Shown here: in pieces, positions 1 to 13,410 of the stretch
Layout of the letters: each line of letters begins with the position of its first letter
Numbering within the stretch: the first letter of the stretch is position 1
Source of the DNA: Callorhinchus milii
Lineage: Eukaryota
Assembly: GCF_018977255.1 (NCBI RefSeq)
Contig: NW_024704742.1
Span: 15,998,001-16,062,000, forward strand
Reading direction: 5' to 3'
DNA length: 64,000 nt
Made by a program: the position numbers and the translations under genes
The notes under the pieces: model-generated
The model's input: the letters and a program-made list of their open reading frames with translations, nothing else
Told to the model about the DNA's origin: nothing
Databases searched by the model: none

Positions 1-631
1 CCTGAAATTGCAATGAACACATCTAATCCTGTTTGCAAATACTGAAAATTAGATCCCAAAATCAGAAAATAGATCGACCCTTCAATTTTTGGGGGAATCA
101 TTCGTGTAGTCGTGTGTCTGACACATGTGGAAACCAATCACCACGCTTAAGAGTATCCAAACATGTGCCTAAGCTGCGGACAGAAAGATGGTGACATTTC
201 ATGCATTTCAATCTGAGATATGTTGCCCAGCGGGAAGCTTGCAGGGAGTTCCTGGTACCAACCATCTATCTAGTTAAGGACACAACCTTGTTGAATTTTG
301 AATGACCAACTAGTGACTATCCTACTTGGGGGTGGGGGAGGTAAGTAGGGTTCTCATTGGAGCATCACAACACATCCCTAGAATAAAGGGCAAACTAATG
401 GTGAAATAGATGACATGCAACAGAATGTCGGAACTTTCTACTGAATATCACTTTGTCAAAGCTAAGATACATATATCTCCATTGTATGTAAACTGTAAGA
501 GTTGAAAACGAAACATAAACCAGATACAGCAGAGGTACATAGCTGGTAGCACTTGTTTGAAACTTCAATGGCGGACTTTGCTTTTTGCCTCAGAATAATT
601 TATAGAACATTTAAAAAAGTACAGTTTGAAA

Positions 632-712
632 AATAGGAATATAGGAACAGGTGGAGGCCATTCAGCCCTTTGAGCTTGTTCCACCATTTAATTAGATCAT
701 GGCTGATCCATA
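632..712 (-). mobile_element. CR1-type LINE 3' end fragment
   Basis: 'ataggaacaggtggaggccattcagccctttgagcttgttccaccatt...agatcatggctgatc' resembles the reverse complement of the 3' UTR of chondrichthyan CR1-type LINEs (recalled). Confidence 0.65.
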
Positions 713-2189
713 AGACCGTAGGAAATAAATCCATAGGACATTCTAATATGCTTTTCAAATGATGTTATAATAAGCGAACAGTAAAGTAAATCTGACAGGG
801 TCAGCATGGCATCCGAGTTTCCATCCTGTTACTAACAGATCCAATCATCTGTTTCACTTGCTTCAGGCACAATGATACAGTTGAATGCTATTTGTTTAAA
901 ACATGAAGAGTTATCTAAGGAACAACCTGGCAAAAAAGATTTCCGTAATCCTAAAAAATATAAAGCTGTTACTTGTAGAAATTCATAGTTGGCCTGATCT
1001 ACTTTATCTGTTTTAAATGTTTTTCAGATTTTTACAAAGAATCACATATTTGCTTAAGCTGTTTTCATTTGCAACCTGTACGCAGGAGCAAACATCGTCA
1101 CACTCATGTTGCTTAGCAATGTTTACTTTTGGACACTGAGGAGCATCAAGATGATTTGTTGTGCGAGGCTCTGAGGGGTTTAGTTGGTAGTTGGGAAGGC
1201 AGATGGGATCCTTCCAATATGTTCTTGGGGGAGCTGCTGAGGAGGAATTGCTATCTTTCACTGGATTTGGGGAATTTTTTAAACTTATTTTTCAGCTCAA
1301 ATTAATTTGCCCTTTATTATAGCGATGTGTTGTGGTGTTCCCAAAGCCACAATCTTCTGGTCTCTTATTGCTTAACTAAGTGAGCGATCTCCAGTTCCAA
1401 TGAAATGGAATTATCCCTGAGTTTTAACTGGTTCTAAGGAAGGCAAAGGCAGATCTGCATTGATGCCAAGGCATTGTTGATGGTAACGTAACCTGTCTGG
1501 ATCTTCAATGAGATTTTGCATAAAAACATATCCGGCACCCCACAAGGCAAAATGTAATTTTTTTGGTCATCCTGGTGTCAATTACTCAGATGCGAAATCC
1601 ATCACCATTCTTAAGAGTATCAAAACTCTACAGAAAGTTCTACACTGACTGGTAGAGCTATCTTATCTGGATGAATATTGTAATACATAACACTACTTTG
1701 TACTCCTACTGTGCACTATTACCATTATATTTCAGATACTGTTTGATATTATTTTATAATATGAATAAAATGTGTTTGAAGTGCATGAAATGTCAGGTTG
1801 CTGAGATCGTGTGTTGGAGTCGTCATTGATGGTGGACAGAAGTCCAGTGTTCCTCAAGGACAACTTGTTGAAGAGAGAAACAAGGTGAAAACTGAAGAGA
1901 GGGAAGAAGTTTCAGTTCTCAAATGACTGCGTTCTGATGAATGATGCGTGCATCTCCATACAGAGAATGAAAAAATAGAATCATAGAAGTTATAACACAG
2001 AAGGAGGCCCATCGGGACTATGCTGACGTGAACTACTCCAATCTCAAATATTATGGTAATTAAATATACAAACATGAAAGCCTATTTTGACTGTTGCGTA
2101 TTACATTTGTATGTTGTGCTGCTGATTTTCCAATTCAGCTGCTCTGTTGAATGATAGTGACAAAGCTCTCACATAAGATGATGGCTCAG

Positions 2190-2470
2190 TTACAACAACA
2201 ACAAAATTACATGTGTATAGCACCTTTCACGTTAGGAGGACGTTCCAAGAAGCTGGACAGTCAGTTATTCGAACCCGAGCTGGGGGTCGGGATTGGGGAG
2301 GGTGGAGAGCAGGGAGCGGAAGGAGGGTGGTCGAAAGTACGGTCAAAGAGGAGGGTCTTGATATAGGTCTTGAAGGAGGCAAGGGAGGGGGTGAGACGGA
2401 GGGACTACGTGTTGGAGTTACAGAGGGTGGCGGGCAGAATGGGTGAAGGCCCGCCTGCCAATGGTGGATC
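2190..2470 (-). mobile_element. L2 LINE 3' fragment
   Basis: (CAA)n tail, tail hairpin 'ttcacgttaggaggacgttcc' and a G-rich body matching the reverse complement of 34450-34743. Confidence 0.9.
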
Positions 2471-2849
2471 TTGAACTGTATCCTCTGTGTGATGGGAAAC
2501 CAGTGGATTCGGGCGAGGATGGGGTTGACCTACAAACCCCAAACTGCAGCTTGCAATGTTTGCTCCCTCAGGCAGTCAGTTATATCATGCAAATCGCTCA
2601 CGCTGATAGATAGGCAATTTGCTTTATGCACCACAAGAGGGCGCTTGTGTCACAAAGATCTCAATAGTTCCTGTCCCTGTTGCCTCTGTTCCCAATTTCT
2701 TCAGTCCAAATTGGATTATTTCATGTGCAATTATTTAAATTACACATAAGATTTAGTAAAACATCAATTGTGTAAATGAATCAGATTATGCACATCTGTT
2801 AAACGAATGCCATTGAGTAAATTGTATAATATGCACACAAGCATAATGT

Positions 2850-2992
2850 AATATAACCCTTGTGATTTGATGTAGCACCTTATCATGGCTTTGAGACGCC
2901 TCAAAGTGCTTAACAGAATACTCTAGAGAATGAATTTACTGTATATTTTGTGGGCTAAACGCGGCAGCCAATTGCACGGTGTCCCACAAATA
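2850..2992 (-). mobile_element. SINE 3' tail/Deu fragment
   Basis: 'gcaccttatcatgg...ctcaaagtgct...cgcggcagccaattg...gtcccacaaa' matches the SINE-A 3' half. Confidence 0.8.
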
Positions 2993-3249
2993 ATTAATTA
3001 AACAATTAATTCAAGTAAATGTAGAGATCTACAAAAGACTAAAAGAGGAAGACAGGCTAACATTTTGGAATGCTTGTTGAACAGAATTATAAATAATTAT
3101 TATTCTTTATGATTTCCCCTGGTGATATTTAAATAGTGTGCTTTCTCAATGAACACCTTGTACACACTGCCAATTACATTGGTTTACTGAGGTCCTTGGA
3201 TCTTCCCTGCTGATGTACAAAAAGCCCTGGGGGAGCAAAATGGAATACG

Positions 3250-3400
3250 GGAGAAAGAAGAACTTACAGGAATATGGGGACAGGCTATAGAGGGGGATTA
3301 GGGTGCATTGGACCCTCATGTGACGTGTAAATACCAAGCAAGGACCAGTTGCCAGAAATGGCCTGTTTTGGTTCTGAAGATTCTATGTAATTCTATGATA
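3250..3400 (+). mobile_element. CR1-type LINE 3' UTR fragment
   Basis: 'ggaatatggggacagg...aaatggcctgtttt...ttctatgtaattctatg', ending in an ATTCTATG repeat tail typical of CR1. Confidence 0.7.
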
Positions 3401-3579
3401 TTCAGGAAAGAATTGAAGATTAACTTAATTTATCTTGCAACCTTTTCTTAATGCTGCAACATATAATGCTGGTACTCAGTTTATATTCCATATTTCTCAC
3501 TTGCAAGTGAAAGGTTAATCATTGCAAATGACAACTGTAATGTCTATATTGGGAGGTGGATTATTGAAAGTTGCCACTT

Positions 3580-3931
3580 AATAATAATAATCCTTGCATT
3601 TGATATAGTGCCTTATCATGTATTCAAGACGTCTCAAAGCGCATCACAGAATAAACTGTAAATTGACTGTATATTTTGTGGGGGAAACATGGCAGCCAAT
3701 TGTGCACAGCAGTGTCCCACAAACAGACGTGACCAAATCTTTTTTGAAGCACTATTACCCCCGGAAAAGTAATCCACCAATCGATTAACAGCTGGGTTCC
3801 TACTTACTACTAGGTTAACAGAGGTGTGTGGAGTAAGGAAATTTGCCTAACATTACGCCCTGCCGGGAATCAAACCCAGGTCCTGTCACTTGCAAGGTGA
3901 GTGCTATAAACACTGAGCTACAGGACTCCAC
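3580..3931 (-). mobile_element. SINE-A, long form (tRNA head + CORE-like + Deu 3' part + L2 tail)
   Basis: Full head ('ctgagctacaggactccac' on +), internal 'ttcctacttactactaggttaacagagg', (AAT)n tail. Confidence 0.92.
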
Positions 3932-5013
3932 TTGCCCAAAATATGAATAAGAATGTATAGGAATGGAGGAGGCCATAAAGCCCACTCCACTAACATAGAT
4001 TTAATTTCCAATAGTGATAGGTATTGTAGCTGCTCTGCTCTGCTTACCAAGAGGTTCAGAAAAAGCATTGGCTGAATGAAGTTGTGAGATCAATGGTGGC
4101 ATGGGGGGTGGAGAGTCAATGATATGGTCTGTGGACAGAACAAACTTGACGGAACAAAAATGACCTTCAATTTTTTCCCAAACGGATATGTCTGCACTTT
4201 CTCTCAGTGAATCTTTTTAGTTGTTTTTGAGACACTGAGGTGTTCATTGAACCTCATCTGTTTTTTTCTGTTAAAATGCGTGTGACTTTATGACCTGTTC
4301 CTGAGGCATATTCAGATGGTGTCAGCTGTACTCAATGGACATTTTACACAGTCAGTTAGCATTTAGTTGTTCACACAGACCTGACAGACTTTGAACTAAT
4401 AGTTTAAAGTCAAGAGTTTATTTGTCATTTAACTACTGAGCATTTTTCCAAAATGATCAAAAGATCATAACATCTCTTGCATCAGTCTTGTGTATTACCA
4501 TCAAAACCCTATTCCTTTCTTCTTATGTCGTTGAAGTGAAAACATGTTCAGAAAATGTGCTGTCTATCACATTACTGAAAATTGCAGTCAAACCAGTCTT
4601 TATCTGTTGACTGTTTTTGGTTGTGAACACCCTCCCTTCCCCAACTTAGGAGGATGGTTTGTGACTCTGACTGCCATCATTGTTGTTGCCACTGATAAAA
4701 TCTGAAATGCTCCCAAAGCCAGTCAAAGAATAAAGATTATTGGATTGCAATAGTTGGCAATGTGACAATTAGCACGGGTCATATTTTGCATTGAAGTGAT
4801 GAAATTATCACTGCTCTCCTCACATTTTTTCATTCCATCAGGGGCTAGGGTATGTTAAAGGGTAAAATCAAACAATCCATAGTTAATGTTCAAACATAGT
4901 GAAAGAGTAATACTCAGAAGGTATCTATCACTTTCTTGGACAGAATACTATGGTGAACATAATGCAGTGGTGAATGTAATGCAGTGGTGAACATTATACA
5001 GTTGGAACATGAT

Positions 5014-5328
5014 ATAATAATAATAATCCTTGCATTTGATATAGAGCTTTTCACATCTTCTAGACGATTCAAAGCGCTTCACTGAATATATTGTAAAGTA
5101 AATTGACTGTATATTTGTGGGTGAAACGCAGCAGCCAATTGCACACAGCAGTGTCCTGCAAACAGTTGTGGATTGAAGTGACAAATTTATTATTGTTTTT
5201 TTCTTGAGAGATTATTATCTGGTGTGTGGTGTAAGGAAACTCACCCAAGGTTTCACCCTGCCAGGAATCGAACCCAGGTCTCTCGCTTACGAGGCGAGTG
5301 CTCTAACCACTGAGCAGCAGGACTGCAC
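5014..5328 (-). mobile_element. SINE-A, short form
   Basis: Full length and colinear with the reverse complement of 39590-39913; tail loop TAGAA. Confidence 0.93.
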
Positions 5329-5639
5329 ATGTAATGATGTCTGCCCTGAATTGCCCTTTATAACTCTAAATCTTTGTCTACTTTTTCTGCTCTCTTGGTG
5401 GATCGAAAAGTATTGTTCTTGCTTTTCACGTGGTGAGCGTTGAATTATCTAACACCGCTAGATCTCTTTCCGCTTCACCTTTGGCACGCTCTAGCCCATC
5501 CACGGAATACATGTGCCTTCTATTCGTTCTTGCTGTATTGCAGAGGCTTGCATTTATCTGCATTGAACTTAATTTGCATTCATAGGATTTAAGGAAATCC
5601 TAGTCAAGAAACTATATAGTTTTTAGGTGAAGACAGCAT

Positions 5640-6215
5640 TCATTTTACACGCAACCAATTTATGCAAACTAACAGATCAGACAGACATTAAGTCCTGGCT
5701 GAGTTGTAACTTTTCAGAACTCAACATCAACAAAACCAAGGCTCTCCTCCTTTGCTCCTCTCAATGTCTCTTAACCTAAGGCTTTGACTTCATTGACTTG
5801 CACGGATGCTCACCACCTCATTGAACCTACTCTCACTTCTAGTGTCTAATCTCTCTCTCTTTTTTTCTCCACCACAACTGCTCTTGTATTTCTTTATCAA
5901 TATTATTACCATGCAACCTTTCTTGCTCTTGATGCTCCACATATGATAACCTACATGCTCCTCCTTCTTACATCCTCACTGGGTTGAAATCAAAACTCAT
6001 TGTACTCGCCTAGCTCCTACTTTAATTCTTTGTTTCTCCATGTATTAAGCCTGTGAATTTCTTATCTCATTCAGTCACCCTTTCCTCCTATAGGCCTTGA
6101 AAGTCAAACTTAATGTCTCTAAGCCGCTTCTGTTTAACTTTGCCAATTTCCTCTGTTATAGCTTTGCGATATCAGGAGATTCATATGTGTTGTTGATTGA
6201 AAGGTACTATCTATT
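5640..6215 (+). mobile_element. Highly degraded L2 ORF2 fragment
   Basis: Encodes DIKSWLSCNFSELNINKTKALL, homologous to [22 protein letters not shown] in the L2 at 24066-25727; downstream part is strongly decayed. Confidence 0.7.
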
Positions 6216-6860
6216 TAAATTTAGCATGAATGACTGATTTATACTTCACAGATCTGATATGTAAGTGGAGGTACCTCAAGGTGAGTTTTGGAGCATTTAT
6301 GTCACTTGATCACTTAGAAACCCAGCCGAGAAAGAGACAAGTTACAGTGGTCTGACTGCATGTCAGGTATAAACACAGGATATCCAGTGGGTACCTGTGG
6401 ATTGCTATTGTAGGTCACAAAATATTATAACAGTTGCTCTCCTGAAAGAGTAAATGAATATTCCGTTTCTAAAACAAATCAAGCTTGTTCAGTGTAGATT
6501 TTTTTTAAATTTCATTAAGACTGCTTAAACTGGATAGAGGATATGTCAACAGCCTTTATAATGATATAAGACTGTCTTTATCTCCCTTCAGTTGAAAGAT
6601 TGCGACAGAACTATAGATTTCCAACTCTATAACTCCTTTTCCCTATATACTGATTCGGGTGAAATTAAAACACATAAACTGTCTCATACTCTAACCCATT
6701 CTTTTCTAAGATCTCTAATGCCTTTCTGCCAGTTTATAAACCTTTACAATCCATACTTATTGCGATCTGACCACTTCTTGACTTTTCTTGCTTTTCTTGT
6801 TACTCTTGTCAACCATTACAGTGTTATGAATTATTAGCTACTGCCTCGTTATTATAATCT

Positions 6861-7224
6861 AATAATAATAATCCTCGCATTTGATATAGAGCCTTATCAC
6901 GTCTTCAAGACGTCTCAAAGTGCTTCACTGAATATACTGTAAAGTGAATTGACTGTACATTTTGTGTGTGAAACGCAGAAGCCAATTGCGCACAGTAGTG
7001 TCCCACAAACAGTCTTGAACTGAGTGACCAAATTATTATTATTTTTTTGAAGGGTTATTTTCCCCAGAAAAGAGATCCGCCACTCAATTAACAACCAGGT
7101 TCCTACTTACTGCTGGGTAAACAGAGGTATGTGGAGTAAGGAAACATTTCGCCCTGCCCAGGAATCGAACCCAGGTCCTCTCATTTGCGAGGCGAGTGCT
7201 CTAACCAATAATGTACAGTACTCC
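6861..7224 (-). mobile_element. SINE-A, long form
   Basis: Head, CORE-like segment (7095-7140), Deu segment, tail loop TTGAA, (AAT)n. Confidence 0.92.
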
Positions 7225-7447
7225 CTTTATTGACTTATTGAAGTCTCTCAGTACAAAAGTAATCAAGCCTGGAGTTTGCAGTAACTTTGTTATCAAGGTA
7301 TTTCCTTTTTAAAGCAACATTCTTTCTTTTGATTTTTGTTGTCTTCATGCGTTGGATTCTATCAGCCACTCATAGATTATGAAGGTGTCTTGCTGCCAGC
7401 TCTTTTCACACTCACTCTGTGTAGGAAAGCTGACCCTTGTGGCTCTC

Positions 7448-7694
7448 TGTACCTTCCTATGGGAAATTGCTTGATTTCTGCTCGACCCATCCTTGGGATA
7501 TCATGGCTGAAATCAAGAACATTGCCTAAGGGGATTGTATCAACACAAGAAAACATGGAATGAGAAATACAATTTGTCCCATCAAGCAAGTTTCCTCTAC
7601 AGTCCATGCAGAGCCCAGTTTATAATGGATATCCCCCATCCACCTGATCCCTTGGGGAAAAGCTCAGCACAGCAGTTTCCCATAGGAAGATACA
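7448..7694. repeat. 24-bp inverted repeat pair; possible TA-flanked MITE
   Basis: 7448-7471 TGTACCTTCCTATGGGAAATTGCT vs 7671-7694 AGCAGTTTCCCATAGGAAGATACA: 22/24 complementary. Confidence 0.6.
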
Positions 7695-8690
7695 CAACTT
7701 CCTTGAGGAGCATTTAGCTCAAGGCTTGATTTCTCTACCTGGCCGTATCCAGCTGCAAATCTTGAGTGTTGTTGCCAGAGCTTCCACTCAGCTTTTACAC
7801 AGTTAGTGAAGGTTTCAAAGTGGTCCATGGTCGATCTAACTCCTGGGAGCTTTCTCAACCCTCAGCCGTTTATCCCAATCTCCAACCACAAAAAGAGCAG
7901 CTCAATCAGAACCATCTTACTTCCTCTAAGATGGAATTTATTACTGTCATGTGGTGCTATATCAAGCCTGCTGAAAACTGAGTACAAACAGGACAATTTA
8001 TGTGACAAATCATCCTTTAGACTCAACCGCACAGTTTTTGTTTTTGATTTAAACACTTGAGGTACAGGCAGGCATGCATTTTGCTTTTTAAAACCCAGAC
8101 ACCTATAATAATTTGCCTGTGTCAAGGCATTAAAGTAGGATGTTTTTTTTGACAGTGGAATGTGAAAAGGGTATGTTTAATTTAGGGTGCTATGGTTTAT
8201 GCAGGAGTGAAAACTGTTTTTGCATAATGCGTTATGCAGTATTTTTCCATGAAGTTAAAATGATGATGGTTTTACAGATTCCACACCAACAGCTATAAGG
8301 GAGAATTTGACATTTTTTTGAATCTATGATCTGTCTAAATTGAAAATAAATGCATAAGAGCCAACTTCCTGCCATGCAATTTAACTAAGTTGGGTATGAA
8401 TGTTTTGTATAATTAGTAGAATTTAACATCTGACTGTTTAATAGCACAAAAGTATCAGCACAGCCATATAAATATGTGCATTTAATGAGGTTGAGATCGC
8501 CACAATCCTACAGGCAAAAGAACAAATATTGCTTTTCTACTGGATCCTGTACAGCAATTTAGTTCCACTTTGAAAATAGATCCAATTATGCACTTTTTCA
8601 GAGCGTTGTGGCCATTTAAAATTTTTGTGTTTTGCAAAATCCAAATGGTAGCTATCAGTGAACATTAACAACAGTTGATCCCAGAATTCT

Positions 8691-8866
8691 TAATAATAAT
8701 AATCATCCTTGAATTTGGTATAGCTCCTTATCACATTGTCAAGACATCTCAAAGCACTTCACATGATTTTGAGGGTTATGTGTAGTTACCCTGTATTTGT
8801 AGACAAACACGACAGCGAAATTTGCACACAGAAATGTCCCACAAACAGCCATGGAATGAATGACCG
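8691..8866 (-). mobile_element. DeuSINE 3' fragment
   Basis: (AAT)n tail and 'tgtcccacaaacagccatggaatgaatgacc'. Confidence 0.8.
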
Positions 8867-8904
8867 CACACTGGGAAAAGAGAGCAGTTTAAAAAAAGCA
8901 CCTA

Positions 8905-9022
8905 GATTAGAGAATAAAGTGGTATGGGGGGAGGCTCATGTGGAGTATAAACACAGGCATGGACTAGTTTGGCCAAATGGCCTGTTTCAGTGTTGTACAC
9001 TCTATGCAATTCTATGTAATTT
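8905..9022 (+). mobile_element. CR1-type LINE 3' end
   Basis: 'gctcatgtggagtataaacacaggcatggactagtttggccaaatggcctgtttc...ctctatgcaattctatg'; homologous to 3310-3400. Confidence 0.75.
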
Positions 9023-9336
9023 TAGATACTAAATCAAACAAAGATAGAGAGAGAGAGGGGGAGAGACTCTATTGACTGGTTAGGCTTGAAACTGTCCTAG
9101 ATGGCCATTGCACTTTTGACCCATAGACTGCGCTATTTAAAGTCTTGGTTTGCAGGATATCAGCAAACTGAGCTGCATCAAATAATTCTGTATTAAGCCA
9201 CTCCAATGGTGCACTCCTATCTAGACGTAACATTCCCCAAGAAAATGGATTGGGTGGGGGAAGTTCACAATAGGATATGTAGGTTTAGCATTAACTGTGG
9301 AAGAGGTGGGTTTGATTGCCTGAATGCCTTCAAATT

Positions 9337-9671
9337 ATAATAATAATAATAATAATAATAATCCTTGCATTTGATATAGCGCTTTTCACGTCGGGAGGAC
9401 GTCCCAAAGCGCTTCACAGAACACACTGTAAAGTGAATTGACTGTATATTTGTGGGCGAACGCGGCAGCCAATTGCGCACAGCAATGTCCCACAAACAGT
9501 CGTAGATTGAAAATGACCAATTTTTATTATTGTTTTTTTGAGGTTTTGGAGGGATTATTATTAGGCGTGTGGAGTAAGGAAACTTGCCCAAGGTTTCGCC
9601 CTTCCTGGAATTGAACTCAGGTCTCTCACTTGCAAAGCGAGTGCTCTAACCACTGAGCTACAGGACTCCAC
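9337..9671 (-). mobile_element. SINE-A, short form, young
   Basis: Nearly identical to the 18899-19228 and 39590-39913 copies; CpGs intact; tail loop CTCCC. Confidence 0.96.
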
Positions 9672-11322
9672 AATGTATACAATGTATGTGGAGAAGGAAC
9701 AATTTTCTCAATGTGTAAATCAAAAACATTTTCTGAAAGTGATCATTTGAATCCAAATTCAACCAACATTTCATAGTGAACCCAAACTGCCTTAACTCTG
9801 AAAGGCGTTTCATTTGTACCATTTCCCTCATCAGAAAAGGAAACATTCATCGGAATTACTGATCTGAGTTTCACTAATGTGGAGAGTGTAAGGACTTTGG
9901 AAAACTCCATAGACAACTGTAGGTCTTTCCGCTCTACTGCCAGATGCCACAGACAGAGAACAAATGCATCCGTCAAACAGACTAAATAGTCTCCAAAATA
10001 ACTAAGACATATTGTGAATCCGTGTAGGAAAACCGATAAAGCAGAATGTTAATCATCTTAAAGGAAAACTACAACTACAAATTAAAAGGAATGAAAATGG
10101 TATCTTGTCTGATTATCAATCATTCACTAAATGTATGGCAAAACAGAATCTATTTTTTCTTGGGATCCATAATAATCATGAATGAAAGCAGATCCATATT
10201 TTCTTCAAAGTTCCAATGCACGGCTGCATTTCTCAAAGAATATCTTCAAATTCCCTCAAAATTTTTAAACCAGTGTTTTATTTTGTCCAGCAAGAACCTT
10301 CAGAATGGATGATCTTTAAGGAATAAAACAATTAACAACACTAGCAGGACAAAAGATGTATAATTAAAACATTAAAATCCAGTCATCACACAACTACCCT
10401 TGCCTTAAGGTTCCCTCATGAAAACTTATCACTCAGCTTCAATGAGCTATTACGACACCTCAATTCATTTTTAATTTGTAGCAGGATTTAATTTTTATGC
10501 TTTGTCAAAGAGGAGATTGTGTATGAAAATTAGAATTCAGTCAGTGCTTGCAGAATAGCTGAACGACAATCACTCAGTTAGAGTCGTTCTCATGTGCTAT
10601 TTACTGTTAAGAATCCAAATTGTTGGTACATGCTTAATGAAGTTGCTATTTTTAAAGACTTTATTTATATAGACCAAAACATATCAGAAGCCTTGCAGGA
10701 TGAAGCCTTGGGATGCTATGCCTCCCAGTCCCTCGAGCAAAGCAGAGTTCAATGTGGCATGGATAATTTGTTTGCTTTGCAATTATTTTCCGTCAGTGGA
10801 GACAAATTGATTCATACAGCAAGATTGACTGTCACTGGGAGGCAGTTGGCTCCCTGAAGTGCATAAGAAACTGACAAGGTTGCGAAAAGCTGTGTTTCTC
10901 ATACACAGAACATAGGCCAGAGCAAAATAAAAGAACACAATGAGGCCCTCCTTTCTAACTGAACAAATACTGTTTGATTCCTCACTCTGGCTGATCAAAT
11001 CTGTTTGATAAAACATGGCTGAGGAATGAAGTGAAGACCAGCATTGCTTGGTAAATGCATTCATATGAATGGCAGCTTGCTTGTCATTTACTTTTTTTTT
11101 AAAATGGGGGTTGTTGGGGTTAAAGACTTGAGAGCGAGAGCTAAAGGCTCTCTGGAGCTGGGCAAGAGCATCAGTGGAGAATTCACAACCCTCCCCTGAG
11201 AACATGAAGCAAAGGTTAAAAAGGGAGTTACATGCATAGCTGACCTGACTAATAAGAAAGATAAATGAAATTGTACGCACACTGATCAAAGCACAAATTC
11301 AGGGGACGATGACATGCACTCT

Positions 11323-11520
11323 ACAACAACAACAACAAGATTCCATTTATTGAGCGCCTTTCATATCGGGAGGACGTCCCAAGGCGCTGTACAGTTGGGT
11401 CAGGACCCGAGCAGGGGGGTAATGGTCAGGGTGAGGGGAGGGAAGGGAGGGAGCGAGGAGGGGGTAGAGAGTCGAGAGGGGAGCTGAAGGCACGGTCAAA
11501 CAGAAAGGTCTTGAGACCGG
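11323..11520 (-). mobile_element. L2 LINE 3' fragment
   Basis: (CAA)n tail and 'gcgcctttcatatcgggaggacgtcccaaggcgc'. Confidence 0.9.
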
Positions 11521-13194
11521 CTGTCTCAAGGTGTCAGCAAGAAAGTTCTGAAGAGGGGGTCATGTGTTCTGAGGTTCAGACAATCTTGCTTTGGAATGAC
11601 CTGTGTAGTTTGCACAGAGAACGTCTTCTCCAGCTACCCATGTGAGAGGGGTTCAAGGGTCAGTAATTATTTAGGGAGGCTGAGAAAGTTGTATGGAGCT
11701 GCTCTTGGCTGCCAGTTCACATTAGTGTCAAGAGTACTGCAGGTAGGCAATTGCAAGCATTGCTTCATTCATTTCAGCTCACTGAGTGTAGGATGTGCAC
11801 TTTAGTCCCGCTGCATTTCTGTACTATTGCCTCACTTACAATCAGTCCCAAAATCAGTTAGAACAAGTATTTTACTAATTATGAGCCTCTAAGATACATC
11901 TCACCCAAGCCTGTAAGATACATTTTGCCTAAAAATATAAATATTTNAAAAACTGAGATATGTAACGCAAGAAGCATTTTTTAATATTTATTGTTCACAG
12001 AGGCAGGATTCAAATCCCAAAGCATAGCGAATTTGGACATTAACGTCACATGATATCAGCATTCTCATTGAGAATCTGAAATATCCTACAGCAAGAAGGC
12101 AAGGCAGTTTCACTGAGACAACCAAGATTTTTTTTTCTGCCCAATTATTTTTGTGTTATTAACTGATCTAAAAATGTTCCAAGGCAATACATACAGGAGC
12201 TGAGCGCTGAAACGTGTAGCAGTTTGCACATTTATAATAAATTAGCTTTTCCTACGGAACCAGAAAGCAGGAGGTGTACTCTGCTGTGCTCAACCAAACC
12301 CACATAATTGCACAAATACCATTTGATTCTGTAATAATGGTGCAGTGTCATCTTCAATTTCATCTGTTTGCTTAATGGCAACAATTACAGGCCTCTACAT
12401 GTGCAGACAGCTAGTACAGCAAGTGATAATAAGCCACTTTCTTTGTTACAGACCTTGAGCAAACTTAAGTAAATCCTTGAAGCAATTCTAATGTGACCAG
12501 TCATGCATGCACCTACACAAAAACTAAAGATGATGGTTGTAAGGAAATTCTTGAGCCACAACAAAGCAGCTCTCGCTAGGTTAAGGCTGAGCACCAATTC
12601 CTCTGAATGACATAGTAGCCTAGAGCAGCTCAGCAGAGAGAAGTGGGGCCACTTAATGTTCTGAGTGATGTCATGCGTTTGTATCTCACAGCTGCCAGCA
12701 CCGTTAAAATGCACCCCAACCCCACGCTGGCAGTGTGTTGTCTCTCAAAGCATCAATCGAGTTGTACTAATTGATTAATTATTGTTTAATTTGCTACGTG
12801 TCTGATTTTTTTTACACAATGGAGTCTAATTTTCGGTATTTCTTAATGGGATTCCTTAATGGAGTCACACAAATGGGAGCTGTTTTTGATACCGGAAGCA
12901 CGTCACAATGACACACCGGAATGCCACTCCCTCACAATCTACTCCTGGAGTGGGATATTCACGACGTGACAGTAATTCTAACGGGATTCCTTATGCTGGA
13001 CTATCTGTAAAGAAATACAACGAGTAGTGTAAAGTCAGTTCAAGATCAGAATCAGAATTTATTATAACAGTTTCCATTTATATATCACTCTTCACATAAG
13101 GCAGTGCCTTGGAGTGTTTTATTTTCATGCTTCATATATTGTACGATTAATTCAGAGTGGCCTGTTTCAATGCTCTACATTCATTGTAACCTTT

Positions 13195-13410
13195 GATTTA
13201 CATTGATACAGCTCATTTCACGTCAGAAGGACCTCCCAAAGTACATTCACAGTACAGGATGGATACCCAAATTGGGGGTGGTAGCTGAGGGGGTTGGGAA
13301 GGGGAAAGAAGACTGAAAGAATGATCAAAGAGAAATATTTTGAGATGTGCCTCGAAAGAGGAGAAGGAGTGAGTGAGTTCGAGGGACTTTGGGATGGAAC
13401 TATGGAGAGA
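13195..13410 (-). mobile_element. Degraded L2 3' fragment
   Basis: Decayed tail hairpin 'ttcacgtcagaaggacctcccaaag' and purine-rich body. Confidence 0.7.

Noticed and set aside
6252..6280. 29-nt plus-strand micro-exon (LICKWRYLK)
   Set aside because: Such splice-site pairs are expected by chance in 64 kb; no recognisable product.
9680..10320. Decayed zinc-finger or RT coding sequence
   Set aside because: Only isolated short resemblances (CGEC, MEFSK) and no consistent frame.
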